A DNA stretch of 64,000 nucleotides from Eledone cirrhosa (Eukaryota): contig OZ024743.1 in the NCBI GenBank assembly GCA_964016885.1, positions 345,588,001-345,652,000 on the forward strand, written 5' to 3'. The position numbers and the translations under genes were made by a program. Numbering within the stretch: position 1 is the stretch's first letter; each line of letters starts with the position of its first letter. Positions 44,399-59,404 of the stretch are shown here, one piece after another. The notes below the pieces were generated by a model. It was not told where the DNA came from and did not search any database. It saw nothing but the letters and a program-made list of their open reading frames with translations.

Positions 44399-44681
44399 CA
44401 GAGCCATAACTAGAGTATGTGAAGCATGGCTCGTGCCATGGGCGACACTTGAAGCGGGGCACAATTTGAACTAGGAGCACTTTCTATTCAAGTTAGATAA
44501 GCTATCGTCTGAGAGTTGATGTATGATCTGTCTTTGATTATCATGGGCGAGAAGCAGTAGAGTGGCCAGATCACTAAACTATTTGTATGAACTATTAGGT
44601 CAATAGTTAAATATATAGTGCTGGGCAGGGGCTTAATTTCACTGCTTGCTATATGTTCGATTTCCCCTAGTTACGCCTTTG
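44399..44681. mobile_element. Old hAT-like MITE
   Basis: Imperfect TIRs CAGAGCCATAACTAG / CTAGTTACGCCTTTG. Possible 8-bp TSD is degenerate (TATAGATA / CATACATG). Confidence 0.55.
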
Positions 44682-44710
44682 CATACATGCATATATATAC
44701 ACACATACAA

Positions 44711-44761
<51 letters not shown>

Positions 44762-44969
44762 CGTGTGTGTGTGCGTGTGTGGGTGTGTGTGTATATATAT
44801 ATATATATATAAATCAAGGCAAAAACATGAGTCTGGTTACTCTGGAGATTCGCCTGTTTGTCAGTCATCCATTTATTTTATGTTAATAGGCGAGGTTCTA
44901 GAAGTTCCCAAGAAATCTGCATCAAATTAAGAAAAAAAAAACAAATTGAAGATCATTATATAGTTCGAA

Positions 44970-45397
44970 TGGTGGTGGATTGGCAGTATTGGTAGAGGGT
45001 TGGACGCCATGCTTTCCAGCATAGTTACGTCCCTTTATGATCTGAGTTCAAATCCCGCCGAGGGTGACTTTGCCTTTCATCCTTACGGGGTCGATAAAAT
45101 AAAGTACCAGTAATGCACTGGGTAATTGCTGGCCTTGTGCCTAAAGTAGAAACAATTATATAGTTCGAATCCCGCCGAGGTTTACTTTGCCTTTCATCCT
45201 TACGGGGTCGAAAAATAAAGTACCAGTAATGCACTGGGTAATTGCTGGCCTTGTGCCAAAAGTAGAAACAATTATATAATATAGTTTGAGAAAACACTAT
45301 AAGATTGGCACGACTTTATAAATATGATCTTTGATCAGGTCAGAAGATCCTGTTAAGAGTGAAAGCAGCGATTCTTTGCTTAAACTTTAATCTGTTA

Positions 45398-45436
<39 letters not shown>

Positions 45437-45812
45437 ATATAATAGTATAACAATATAATTGTTTCTACTTTTGGCACAAGGCCAGCAATCCCACAGTGTA
45501 TTACTGGTACTTTATTTTATTGACCCCATAAAGATGAAAGGCAAAGTTAACCTCGGCGGGATTTTAACTCAGAAAGGCAAGGGCCGTAAAAGTCAACCTC
45601 GGTATAACAATATAATATAATATAATTGCTTCTACTTTAGGCACAAGGCCAGCAATTACCCAGTGCATTACTGGTACTTTATTTTATCGACCCCGTAAGG
45701 ATGAAAGGCAAAGTCAACCTTGGCGGGATTTGAACTCAGATTGTAAAGGGACGTAACTATGCTGGAAAGCTTGGCGTCCGACCCTCTACCGATACTGCCA
45801 ATCCACCGCCCT
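44970..45812. mobile_element. Four SINE family A copies (two plus, then two minus; two are partial)
   Basis: Approximately 44970-45155 (+), 45160-45272 (+, 3' half), 45455-45600 (-, partial) and 45625-45812 (-). Confidence 0.9.
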
Positions 45813-46363
45813 ATAATATAATATAATATAATGTAATGTAATATAATGTGATATAATATAATTATGTCTATATAAATAGAACGCTTTCATATCTTTTCAA
45901 CTGACAAAATATATAATTTATTTACACATTTTATGACTTACGTTTATGAGAGTATGTGTGTGCATGAATTTCAATAGCATGAGATAGCTAGCCGGAATAC
46001 ATTGGCTGAAGAATACACGCTGCCTGCAAACATGAAGAACTGTCAGAATGAAAAACATCTAAAAAAATGACCTCAAAATAAGTCTGTGGTGAATTTATAA
46101 TACTGACTACTAAGTTCTCCATCAGAGCCACCAACATCCAGCTCCCTTCTATTACTTCTTTTTCTTCGTTGTTGTTTATATCTGGCTTTTATTTTCCTTT
46201 TCTATAAAAGACTTTTGATGGCTGCGACCAGAAAATTAAGAATGGCATGTGAAAGATTTTGGTAAATATTGGTAATTGCCATTGAAATAGGAATGATGTG
46301 TTTACAGGGAACAGAGAAAAATATGATTTGACTATTGCTATACGAGATGAATATTCCTACATT

Positions 46364-46435
<72 letters not shown>

Positions 46436-46714
46436 GAGACGAAGGTGGAGGGGAAGGAAGAGAAAACATACTAAAAGCAGAAAAAATATATGAAAAAATA
46501 AAAATATATACTGTATAGAAAAAAATAAAACTAAAGTAAATAAAGGAAAAGGAAAAATGGCCAAAACAACCCAATAGAACCGTTGAAAATGTAAAGAACT
46601 ATAAACAAACAATGTTTATTGATGTATTATTAGTTTTGGCAGATGTAGCTTTATGTTGGCATCGACTGTAACGTTTATTATCGTAGACAGACGTTTGAGA
46701 ATAAGTAAGGATAT

Positions 46715-46815
<101 letters not shown>

Positions 46816-47233
46816 TATATCAATATATATATGTATATATTTATACGTATGCATTTATATGTATATATTCATACATTCATATACACTCATGGACAAATAT
46901 ATATATATATGGAGAGCGAGTGAGACAGTGAGTGAGAGACAGAAAAGCATAGGGTGGATAAATAAACTACCAGTAGAGTACCCGAAACATTACCTCCAGC
47001 TTTCTACCTCATTTCTCTGTTTCCCTGGAAGTGCTTCTTTTGTATTACCAGAACTCTAGAATTAACCCCGCCAAACGGTGCTGCGGTGATATGGCCTGAA
47101 ATCTACCTCATAGGTACATGTATTTATGGAACACTCAGTCAATTACACGTTAATTCCATATGCGTCATATATCTATGTCTACATAGATATATGACGCATA
47201 CATACACACACATACACACACAAACTCATAGAT

Positions 47234-47304
<71 letters not shown>

Positions 47305-47309
<5 letters not shown>

Positions 47310-47963
47310 GATAATAGAGAAATTAATGTAAGCAAAAAGCCAACAATACTTCAGACATATAAGTGACTATAACATCAAGATGAAACATTTTTAACGTAAG
47401 ATGAGGGATAAAAAATTCGATCTTAATTCAAAACAAGTTAAGAAGAAAAACTTAACTCAAAATAAAATCAAGAAGAAATATTTTAACCGTCAATTTGGGG
47501 AAAACTACAAATGCACTATATAGTTTTAAAATACTATTTCACGAAACTTTTCAGTGGGATTAGTCACGTTTGGCATCGTTCTTCAGTAGTGCTCTACATG
47601 TTAACTAAATAATACTGCTAAAAAGCCAGAGGGGCATTAAAAGCAGGAAAGCGAACATCGTGTAAAATTGAAATAACAAAACACACGCGAATACACGCTA
47701 GTGATGCCGGGATGAGACAAAAATCTGTTTACAAGAAACACCAGTAAAAACATTCCGATAAAAATCTAAACAAAAATATGGAGTTCAGCATAAGCAATAT
47801 TATCGCATTTTTTTTTTTTAAATGGGATTAGTCACAAATATTAATTACCACTCAAGGAAAGCTCCGAGTCTTAATTCAAAACAAGTTAAGAAGAAAAACT
47901 TAACTCAAAATAAAATCAAGAAGAAATATTTAACCGTCAATTTTGGGAAAACTACAAATGCAC

Positions 47964-47968
<5 letters not shown>
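47305..47968 (-). mobile_element. Repeat family C copy with internal direct repeat
   Basis: Collinear with 25430-26165. An ~100-bp segment at ~47421-47521 is repeated at ~47869-47968. Flanked by (TA)n. Confidence 0.6.
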
Positions 47969-47996
<28 letters not shown>

Positions 47997-48065
47997 GTAT
48001 ATATATATATATTTATATATGTATATATATATATATTTATATATATATATATAAATATATAAATA

Positions 48066-48111
<46 letters not shown>

Positions 48112-48259
48112 AGTATGTACACGTACATACATATATGTATACCGACGTACAGTAGTATGTATATATATATATACATACATGCACACATATATATATGCAC
48201 GTAAGAGTGGGAAATGAAATATCGTTTCATTTTTTCCGTTTCTATATATATATATATAC

Positions 48260-48353
<94 letters not shown>

Positions 48354-48451
48354 CGAAACCGTAGTGATTTCCAGAGGTTGACGGAGGAAATTTGACTGTC
48401 CGTCTTTCAGTTGTTTTTTATCCATTGTCTTTGTTCTGGGCATGCCCTATT

Positions 48452-48534
<83 letters not shown>

Positions 48535-49145
48535 AAACTGATATATATATATAACAAAACACACTGAATGCGAACAATTATTTTCTTTGATGAGCGTATT
48601 ATGTATTATGTAATGTATGTATGTCTGGACCAGTATCTCCCGTTATACGTTATTGGCATCTGAAATTGGCGGAGCCAATTCATCTCTAGGACCGAACACG
48701 GCAGATTTCCTTCAAAGAATAAGCAGGAGAGAGAGCGGGAGTGAGATATAATGAAAAAATCGACCCCAATACTGGACTGATACACCTGGTATCGACCCCA
48801 AAAGAATGAAAGGCAAATTCGACGGCTGTAGGTTATTTAAATCGAGAGCGTAGCGCGCTGGAACGAAAACGAAATAAAGTATTTATCCGAGGTTCTAACG
48901 ACTCTGCCAGTTCTCTGCTTCAAGATATACTTATTATAAAATTTTATGATATGGAATTGTTTTCAGTAATTTGTTATTTAATTTAACATATTGAGGCACA
49001 CAGATGCACACATTTGCACACAGAGATACCACTATCAAGTCACACACACAGACTCATTTATATATATATCTACATATATCTATCTATCTACCTATTCTCT
49101 CTCTTTCTCTATCCCCCTCTCTCTCTCTATATATATATCTATATA

Positions 49146-49219
<74 letters not shown>

Positions 49220-49689
49220 AACAACTATACACAAACACATACACACATATATATATGAATGTATGTAATGTATGCACATGTATATATATGTATTCATCCA
49301 TGTGAGTGTAACCCAGCATGTGTCTGGACGAAGATGGGTTATTAAACTTAAGGCCATGACTCATTGCATCCAGTAAGAAACATATCAGCTTACTGTCGGG
49401 ACAGGACAGAAGGTTGGTGTGCATGGGTGTAGGTGGATGGGGGTCAGGTGTTAGTGTGTAAGGGCGGGAAAAGGTGTATAGAGGGTGGGTTATTTTACAA
49501 GAGGGCTTTCCTGGGTGTTTAGAGGGCGGGTGGGGGTATAAATTGCCATGTGACGCTTGCCTGCACGAACCCACAGATTTCATTATTGCATACGTATTTG
49601 CTAAAGAATCCCTTCTTTCTTCTTTAGTTGATGGAATTGGTGACTGCAGCTGCTGTTATGGTGGTGCTGGAAGTGGTAGAAATGTCTTT

Positions 49690-52600
49690 GTTGTTGTGGT
49701 GGTGGTGATGGTAGTGTTTCTGGTTTTGTGATGGTGTTGGTTGTAGTAGTGGTGATGGTAGTGTTTCTGGTTTTGTGATGGTATTGGTTGTAGTAGTGGT
49801 GATGGTAGTGTTTCTGGTTTTGTGATGGTGTTGGTTGTAGTAGTGGTGATGGTAGTGTTTCTGGTTTTTGTGATGTTGTTGGTTGTAGTAGTGGTGATGG
49901 TAGTGTTTCTGGTTTTGTGATGGTATTGGTTGTAGTAGTGGTGATGGTAGTGTTTCTGGTTTTGTGATGGTGTTGGTTGTAGTAGTGGTGATGGTAGTGT
50001 TTCTGGTTTTTGTGATGGTGTTGGTTGTAGTAGTGGTGATGGTAGTGTTTCTGGTTTTGTGATGGTGTTGGTTGTAGTAGTGGTGATGGTAGTGTTTCTG
50101 GTTTTGTGATGGTGTTGGTTGTAGTAGTGGTGATGGTAGTGTTTCTGGTTTTTGTGATGGTGTTGGTTGTAGTAGTGGTGATGGTAGTGTTTCTGGTTTT
50201 GTGATGGTATTGGTTGTAGTAGTGGTGATGGTAGTGTTTCTGGTTTTGTGATGGTGTTGGTTGTAGTAGTGGTGATGGTAGTGTTTCTGGTTTTGTGATG
50301 GTGTTGGTTGTAGTAGTGGTGATGGTAGTGTTTCTGGTTTTTGTGATGGTGTTGGTTGTAGTAGTGGTGATGGTAGTGTTTCTGGTTTTGTGATGGTGTT
50401 GGTTGTAGTAGTGGTGATGGTAGTGTTTCTGGTTTTGTGATGGTGTTGGTTGTAGTAGTGGTGATGGTAGTGTTTATGATTTTGTGATGGTGTTGGTTGT
50501 AGTAGTGGTGATGGTTGTGTTTCTGGTTTTGGTGATGGTGTTGGTTGTAGTAGTGGTGATGGTAGTGTTTCTGGTTTTTGTGATGGTGCTGGTTGTAGTA
50601 GTGGTGATGGTAGTGTTTATGATTTTGTGATGGTGTTGGTTGTAGTAGTGGTGATGTTAGTGTTTCTGGTTTTGTGATGGTGTTGGTTGTGGTGGTGGTG
50701 ATGGTAGTGTTTCTGGTTTTGTGATGGTGTTGGTTGTAGTAGTGGTGATGGTAGTGTTTCTGGTTTTGTGATGGTGTTGGTTGTAGTAGTGGTGATGGTA
50801 GTGTTTCTGGTTTTGTGATGGTGTTAGTTGTAGTAGTGGTGATGGTAGTGTTTCTGGTTTTGTGATGGTGTTGGTTGTAGTAGTGGTGATGGTAGTGTTT
50901 CTGGTTTTGTAATGGTGTTGGTTGTAGTAGTGGTGATGGTAGTGTTTCTGGTTTTTGTGATGGTGTTGGTTGTAGTAGTGGTGATGGTAGTGTTTCTGGT
51001 TTTGTGATGGTGTTGGTTGTAGTAGTGGTGATGGTAGTGTTTCTGGTTTTGTGATGGTGTTGGTTGTAGTAGTGGTGATGGTAGTGTTTCTGGTTTTTGT
51101 GATGGTGTTGGTTGTAGTAGTAGTGGTGATGATAGTGTTTCTGGTTTTCGTGATGGTGTTGGTTGTAGTAGTTGTGATGATAGTGTTTCTGGTTTTGTGA
51201 TGGTGTTGGTTGTAGTAGTGGTGATGGTAGTGTTTCTGGTTTTGTGATGGTGTCGATTGTAGTAGTGGTGATGGTAGTGTTTCTGGTTTTGTGATGGTGT
51301 TGGTTGTAGCAGTGGTGATGGTAGTGTTTATGGTATTGTGATGGTGTTGGTTGTAGTAGTGGTGATGATAGCGTTTCTGGTTTTGTGATGGTGTTGGTTG
51401 TAGTAGTGGTGATGGTAGTGTTTCTGGTTTTGTGATGGTGTTGGTTGTAGTAGTGGTGATGGTAGTGTTTCTGGTTTTGTGATGGTGTTGGTTGTAGTAG
51501 TGGTGATGGTAGTGTTTCTGGTTTTTGTGATGGTGTTGGTTGTGGTAGTGGTAGTGTTTCTGGTTTTTGTGATGGTGTTGGTTGTAGTAGGGGTGATGTT
51601 AGTGTTTATGATTTTGTGATGGTGTTGGTTGTAGTAGTGGTGATGGTAGTGTTTCTGGTTTTTGTGATGGTGTTGGTTTTAGCAGTGGTGATGGTAGTGT
51701 TTATGATTTTGTGATGGTGTTGGTTGTAGTAGTGGTGATGGTAGTGTTTCTGGTTTTTGTGATTGTGTTGGTTGTAGTAGTGGTGATGATAGTATTTCTG
51801 GTTTTGTGATGGTGTTGGTTGTAGTATTGGTGATGGTATTCTTTCTGGTTTTGTGATGGTGTTGGTTATAGTATTGGTGATGGTAGTGTTTCTGGTTTTT
51901 GTGATGGTGTTGGTTGTAGTAGTGGTGATGGTAGTGTTTCTGGTTTTGTGATGGTGTTGGTTGTAGTAGTGGTGATGGTAGTATTTCTGGTTTTTGTGAT
52001 GGTGTTGGTTGTAGTAGTGGTGATGGTAGTGTTTATGATTTTGTGATGGTGTTGGTTGTAGTAGTGGTGATGGTAGTGTTTCTGGATTTGTGATGGTGTT
52101 GGTAGTAGTATTTGTGATGGTAGTGTTTCTGGTTTTTGTGATGGTATTAGTTGTAGTAGTGGTGATGGTAGTGTTTATGATTTTGTGATGGTGTTGGTTG
52201 TAGTAGTGGTGATGGTAGTGTTTATGATTTTGTGATGGTGTCGGTTGTAGTAGTGGTGATGCGTAGTGTTTCTGGTTTTTGTGATGGTGTTGGTTGTAGT
52301 AGTGGTGTTGATAGTGTTTCTGGTTTTGTGATGGTGTTGGTTGTAGTAGTGGTGATGGTATTGTTTCTGGTTTTTGTGATGGTGTTGGTTGTAGTAGTGG
52401 TGATGGTAGTGCTTCTGGTTTTTGTGATGGTGCTGGTTGTAGTAGTGGTGATGGTAGTGTTTCTGGTTTTGTAATGGTGTTGGTTGTAGTAGTGGTGATG
52501 GTAGTGTTTCTGGTTTTTGTGATGGTGTTGGTTGTAGTAGTGGTGATGGTAGTGTTTCTGGTTTTTGTGATGGTGTTGGTTTTAGCAGTGGTGATGGTAG

Positions 52601-53340
52601 TGTTTATGATTTTGTGATGGTGTTGGTTGTAGTAGTGGTGATGGTAGTGTTTCTGGTTTTTGTGATTGTGTTGGTTGTAGTAGTGGTGATGATAGTGTTT
52701 CTGGTTTTGTGATGGTGTTGGTTGTAGTATTGGTGATGGTAGTGTTTCTGGTTTTGTGATGGTGTTGGTTATAGTATTGGTGATGGTAGTGTTTCTGGTT
52801 TTTGTGATGGTGTTGGTTGTAGTAGTGGTGATGGTAGTGTTTCTGGTTTTTGTGATGGTGTTAGTTGTAGTAGTGGTGATGGTAGTGTTTATGATTTTGT
52901 GATGGTGTTGGTTGTAGTAGTGGTGATGGTAGTGTTTATGATTTTGTGATGGTGTCGGTTGTAGTAGTGGTGATGGGTAGTGTTTCTGGTTTTTGTGATG
53001 GTGTTGGTTGTAGTAGTGGTGATGATAGTGTTTCTGGTTTTGTGATGGTGTTGGTTGTAGTAGTGGTGATGGTATTGTTTCTGGTTTTTGTGATGGTGTT
53101 GGTTGTAGTAGTGGTGATGGTAGTGTTTCTGGTTTTTGTGATGGTGCTGGTTGTAGTAGTGGTGATGGTAGTGTTTCTGGTTTTTGTGATGGTGTTGGTT
53201 GTAGTCGTGGTGATGGTAGTGTTTCTGATTGTTGTGATGGTGTTGGTTGTAGTAGTGGTGATGGTAGTGTTTCTGGTTTTTGTGATGGTGTTTGTTGTAG
53301 CAGTGGTGATGGTAGTGCTTCTGGTTTTGTGATGGTGTTG
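49690..53340. repeat. 47/48-bp GT-rich minisatellite, about 77 units
   Basis: Unit GTGATGGTGTTGGTTGTAGTAGTGGTGATGGTAGTGTTTCTGGTTTT(T). Confidence 0.97.
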
Positions 53341-53744
53341 CTTGAGGTAATATGTTTGTAGCGATTGTAGTTCTGTTAATGTTTCTTTTTCTCTTATGTT
53401 CTTAGTTCTGGTGAAGGTAGTCATGGGAGATATTTGTAATGGTGGTCATAGTATTTCTCTTTCTCTTGTATGTAAAGTTGGTGTTGTGATGGAGCCCGTA
53501 TTGTTGCTGATGTGGTGATGCTATGATGCTGTTATATTAGTGGTGGTGCTGCTGTTGTGGGGGCAACAATGTTGATATTGTGGTGTTGGTATTTTTGCTG
53601 ATGATGGCGGTGATGGTAGCTGTGATGTGGTAACGATAATTTTGGTACAGATACGAATAATGGCGTTTTATGATAGTGATGTAATTGTTGCTGCTGTTGT
53701 TTAGCCCGGGGTTAGATCTAGTTGAGAAGAGCAATAATTTATAG

Positions 53745-53766
53745 TAGTAATAATAGTAGCAGCAAC

Positions 53767-53831
<65 letters not shown>

Positions 53832-53874
53832 CATTACGTCATGAGCAGTAGCAGTAGCAGCAGCAGTAGTAGTA

Positions 53875-53938
<64 letters not shown>

Positions 53939-53944
53939 AAGTAT

Positions 53945-53986
<42 letters not shown>

Positions 53987-53990
53987 TAGT
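53745..53990. repeat. (AGT)n repeats
   Basis: Directly visible. Confidence 0.95.
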
Positions 53991-55329
53991 AATGTTGGTG
54001 GTTGTGTTGCTCTTCTAATTGTTGTGTTGTTGTTGGAGGTTTTATTAATGGTGTTGATGGTGATCGTAATAATACAGTGGTTTAGTCGGGAGAAATAGGG
54101 CAGGTCCTATGAACTTCTTTAATGGTCTCAGAAGTATGTTGCAGGAAGGGAAGCATTTAGCTTTAGACAAGATAGCTCGCCAAATACTTTCAACAGAATG
54201 GTCTGTCAAATGCGCCCAAAGCCCAGATGGTGGTTTTAAACCGAGGATTGGATTAATTATATCACTAAAAATCAGGAATAATGAATGTTGCATTCTATAC
54301 ACAGTTTCCTTTATATACACTCAGTCACTTTGCTTTGGTGACCAGAGGCGAAGACAGTAAAACACTTGACCAACGGACTGCGTAATGATATTGGACTGGA
54401 AATCATGTAGTTGAAAAGCGAAATATTTAACCACGCGTCCATGCCACCACCGACAACTGCGTCCACAAATTAATCGTAGTTTTGTTAATGAATCTTATAA
54501 ATTGCCGAAACCTTGAGTATGTTTGTAATGTGAAAATGTCAAAGTCCCAAACGCAGAAAATATTTTTAACAACAGTCAATCACTCAAAATAATAGAGGAT
54601 TTCGGTCCCTTATACTAAGAGATGAAATAAAGGTGTACAGTGAACAATGTGCTATTATTATTGTGTTTGTTGTCGTTGGTGGTGTTGGTGGTAGTCCCAG
54701 TCAACTTAAGTTTAGATAATCACACAAAAGATTTTCAGACCTGAAGACTTCACCATGCTTTTAGAAATACGTCATTCAATGAACCCTTTCATTGTTAGTT
54801 TTAATGTAAATGTGGCTACTGTTTCACAAAGCAAAACCAGGGGCTTTCTCGGTGACAGATTATCGTTAGCATAATTTTCGTTGGTATAGTGGTGCTGGTA
54901 GTGATGGTGTTGATGCTGATGATGGCTGTTATATTAGCGATCGCGATTCTGGTGATTTAATCGTCATAATCCTACTCAGGGTTTGTACCATGTTTGTTAT
55001 GCTGGTGTTGGCGTTGGTGGTGTCGGTGGTGGTGATGGCGTTGATGGCGGTGAAGGTGTTGATGGTGGTGATGGTGTTGCAGGCAGTGGTGAAGATATTG
55101 GGTTTGGTGGTGTTAGCTGAAATATTGTTTGTGAGTGTCGCTGCTATTGTCTCGTTTGCGAATTAGTTATTTTAGAGAAATGTTCCACTCCACCCAGTTA
55201 TATAAATATTGTAATTCAAGCGTTAGCCAATGAGTAAATCATGGATAGATATGCTTACAATTGAGTAAGTACTGAGGGCTTCAATTTCCACCAAAGATAT
55301 CCCAGCATACACACACACACACACATATA

Positions 55330-55379
<50 letters not shown>

Positions 55380-55433
55380 AACATACATACATATATATAC
55401 ACACACGCACATATATATATATATATGTGTATA

Positions 55434-55595
<162 letters not shown>

Positions 55596-55638
55596 CACGT
55601 ATATATATATATATATATATATACATACATACATATAT

Positions 55639-55765
<127 letters not shown>

Positions 55766-56070
55766 CATACATTTACTAATGCATCACCTGTCTATCTACC
55801 CATACATTGTATTACCCATCCAAATCAAATACCGTCTATTCATCACAACCAACAATAAAAACACCAACAACAACATATTTACATTTAATCTATCAAACTC
55901 TTTCCTATCATGTTTATTAATCTCTAGTTCGGTATTAAGAACGAATGTACACACACACACACACACACACACACATTTACACGCGTGCGTATACAGACGC
56001 ACACATATATATATTTATGTATTTATTTATATATGTGTGCGTGTGTATGCATATATATATGTATGTATAT

Positions 56071-56149
<79 letters not shown>

Positions 56150-58549
56150 ATGTATGTATGTATTCACAGTTCCCGACCTTCACGTTTGCACATCATCATC
56201 CATGAATTGCTCGCGTAGGATCGAATGTCTTGCAATCCAGTGTGACACAAACATATAAAAGGAGTACGTGGATTTGTAACATGAGCTGTAAAAAGGTTTG
56301 CGGATTATATTCACGTCTTGGGAGTTAATCCATAAATCCGTGTTCATGTTATAATGTAAGTTGGAACGAAAGAGATACATTAAAAGAGTAAGAGAGAGAA
56401 CGCAAACGGTTGTTTGTAAGATAAGAACGAAAGAAGAGGTGCGGGAGGGCTATATGAGCGTGTGAGAATTATATGGCGGATTTCAAGCAAATTAAAGTAT
56501 ATAATACACAATTGCAGCTGGCAAGATAGATAGGTTGTCGAAAGGTCTAAGGTTCGTATTCAGTGGTCGCTCATGGTATTTATTGGTCTGTGCAACGTAA
56601 TTTTAAACAGCTGTTTAATCCTAGCTAAGCCCTTCTAGGTACGACCTATGATTAAGTAAAGCTAGGGCTGATGTAATGAATGATTTATACGGACAATTCT
56701 CAATTAATTGAAAAATCCCTGTTGTTTCGGAAAGAAAAAAATCTTGACGGTAAATCTTGCGACTCTTATAAGATAAGGGGAGACAATTGAAAGAAATTAA
56801 GACTTGAAGTTACATAATCAAGTTACATATGTATGGGAATATGTGATCTATGTTTGCATGCAAGGAAAGGACCACGGACATATTTTGTTTTTTTATCCGA
56901 CCCAGGCATCCTAACACATTATATTTAAGCCACATTTATCAGATAACAATAACTTTCATATCAAACATAACAAAAACAAAAGAATTATAAAGATTTAGAG
57001 TCAGTAACCAAAAAATAAAATGTACAAAAGGAAATAAATTCTGAGGACCAATATCAAGAATTTAGATAAATACATTATGGCCGATGTACTGAATGCACAA
57101 TTAATTTCAAATATCCGCCTTCCTTTAAAGACAGAAAAATCTCAAAGAAAAGAGGAATAAATTACGTATTCATTTCACCAAATTAATTTACATTCTCAGG
57201 TGGGAAATGTGATCAAAGTTTGCAGGCAAAGGAGAAGCTATGCACTTGTTTTCGTTCTTTTAGAAATTTTTCAGCATAGCATTGTTTAGCAAAGGCTGCT
57301 TTGATCAGCTTGTTATAATTTTTAAATGTAGGCAAGTAGTTACGAAGTTCTGCAGCCAGTATAATGTGCAGGATGACAAAATAAATTTCTCTATGATTTA
57401 TAACATCCGGGCCATTATAACCTAATTGTTTTCTGCAGAACTACCATTCAAAGTATATACTATAACATTTCATAATTCTAATGCTGCATACCCGACGGGT
57501 CACCGGTATTTTGAATTATTTTAAATGGGTGAAGGCTTCAAAAATATCATCTTTGTCCGTTCCCTCGTCGTTTTAGTTTGGATTGACTCGAAAACGTAAC
57601 TTTATTATGTAAAGAAGCTGGCTGATGAGATGGCACTGGTTGCGTGGAATCGTATGGCCACTGTCGTCATTGAAATATGAATCACGGCCTTACCAATAAA
57701 GGACTTTAACATCTGCAACTACATCACATTTTCTTATTCTATATATACTCCCTCGTTCCTATGTGGGAAAAGTACGTAGAGTGCTTGAATTGAATTGCAT
57801 CAATATTTACCGTAAGTATATATATATATATATAGTATTTCTTCAGACGCTTGGATAATTTAACATTTTAAACGTCTCTCGTCTCTCGTCATAAAAAAAT
57901 AATAGCCTTAGAAAATCAGTTCATTTCCTTCTATTCAGAAACGCATTTCCAGAGTAGGTTCATTCAGTCTCGTAAATCTAGCCGCTCTCACGTATTTTTC
58001 ATAAAACGCAATAAAAGCAGCGCCTCCCTCATTTTCCTCCTGAAGTGGTACTTGATGTAATTGATGCGGGCTTAAACGGAGAGAAAGTACCCCGTCTTCA
58101 AACTATTTAAACGTGACCATCATGCAGATTTTTTCGCAAGAGCCACATCTAAGTTTAGAAATACATATAAAGGAACCGACTAATACATAGATCTGTCGTA
58201 CACATGACAGTAGTTGTGCTACACAAGCGCACAAGTAAGCAATTCATGAATAATAGGAAATAACATGCATGACGTTTCGTTGCCAGATGTGCATCTCAGG
58301 CATGTTCGGCTGTCGGCACTTCCGTGTCTCTAGAGCTTGTCAAGAACTGGTAGTGCTACTATGTATCACTACTATGTCAATAATCACCCACCTGAAATCT
58401 GTAACACCACCAGCCCCTGCTAGATCATCGTCACTCATATTTTTCCATTAACCATTGTAGAAAGCTAGGTTTTTCTAACTTCCTCCGATGTTGTCCAATA
58501 GAAGCTTACAAAACACAGACTTACTAATAAACTCAATAAAAATGCTAGT

Positions 58550-59343
58550 ATCAGAAGACTGGCAGAAAGACAGCTTGAATAGATGGAAGGGGAAAAAATC
58601 TATGGACAATTCTTGAGTCAGTTAACACAGATAAGAGCTGGGAATGGACTAAGAAAAGCGATTTAAAAAATGAAACTAAAGCTCTTATTTTCGAAGCCCA
58701 CTCATTTGGTATAGTGTTCGTATAACATCTGCCAGAATAAAAGCATTACAAATAATAATAAGAATATTTATAATAATTATAAGAACTGTGACACTTTTCC
58801 TGTGGCCCACAGTAAATTTCCGAGCTGTGTCTCTAGTTGGCTACAGTGTTGAAATGCTTAAATGCAATGTAAACGAGCAAAAAGAACTGGATAGAAAGTC
58901 AAGAAAATTAATGACTATCTACAGTATTTTTCATAAGAAGGGTGAAGTTGATAGACTCTGCTTAAGTATATCTGAAGCTGGAAGAGGTCTAATCAGCGTG
59001 GAGGACTGTGTCCAGATAGAAAAGAGCAATTTACACACATGTGTGTGAGAGTAACGATCCAATGCTTAAAGCTGTATTGAATGAGGAGACAATATACCAG
59101 GATGTATCTAAGAAAGAAGTACCAACAAAGAGGAAGAAAAACCTAAATGATAAGGCCCTTCATAGTATCTTTTTTGAAGAAAAAAGAATTAATTGATCCG
59201 CTGAATTGGAACTGCTTAAGGAAAGGGGACCCTAAGAAAGTCAAAGAGCGAATGCTACAGGCAGCACAGGAACAAACAATTAGAATGGAATGGATGAGGC
59301 ACCATATTGATATGGAGGAGACAAGCCCGCCCTGTAATATCTG

Positions 59344-59404
<61 letters not shown>

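Noticed and set aside
49690-53424. Mucin-like Thr-rich protein on the minus strand
   Set aside because: Units of 47 and 48 bp are mixed, so the frame shifts repeatedly; no signal peptide or exon context is visible.
54045-54360. Short non-repetitive ORFs as a possible host exon
   Set aside because: No recognisable domain and no convincing splice context.
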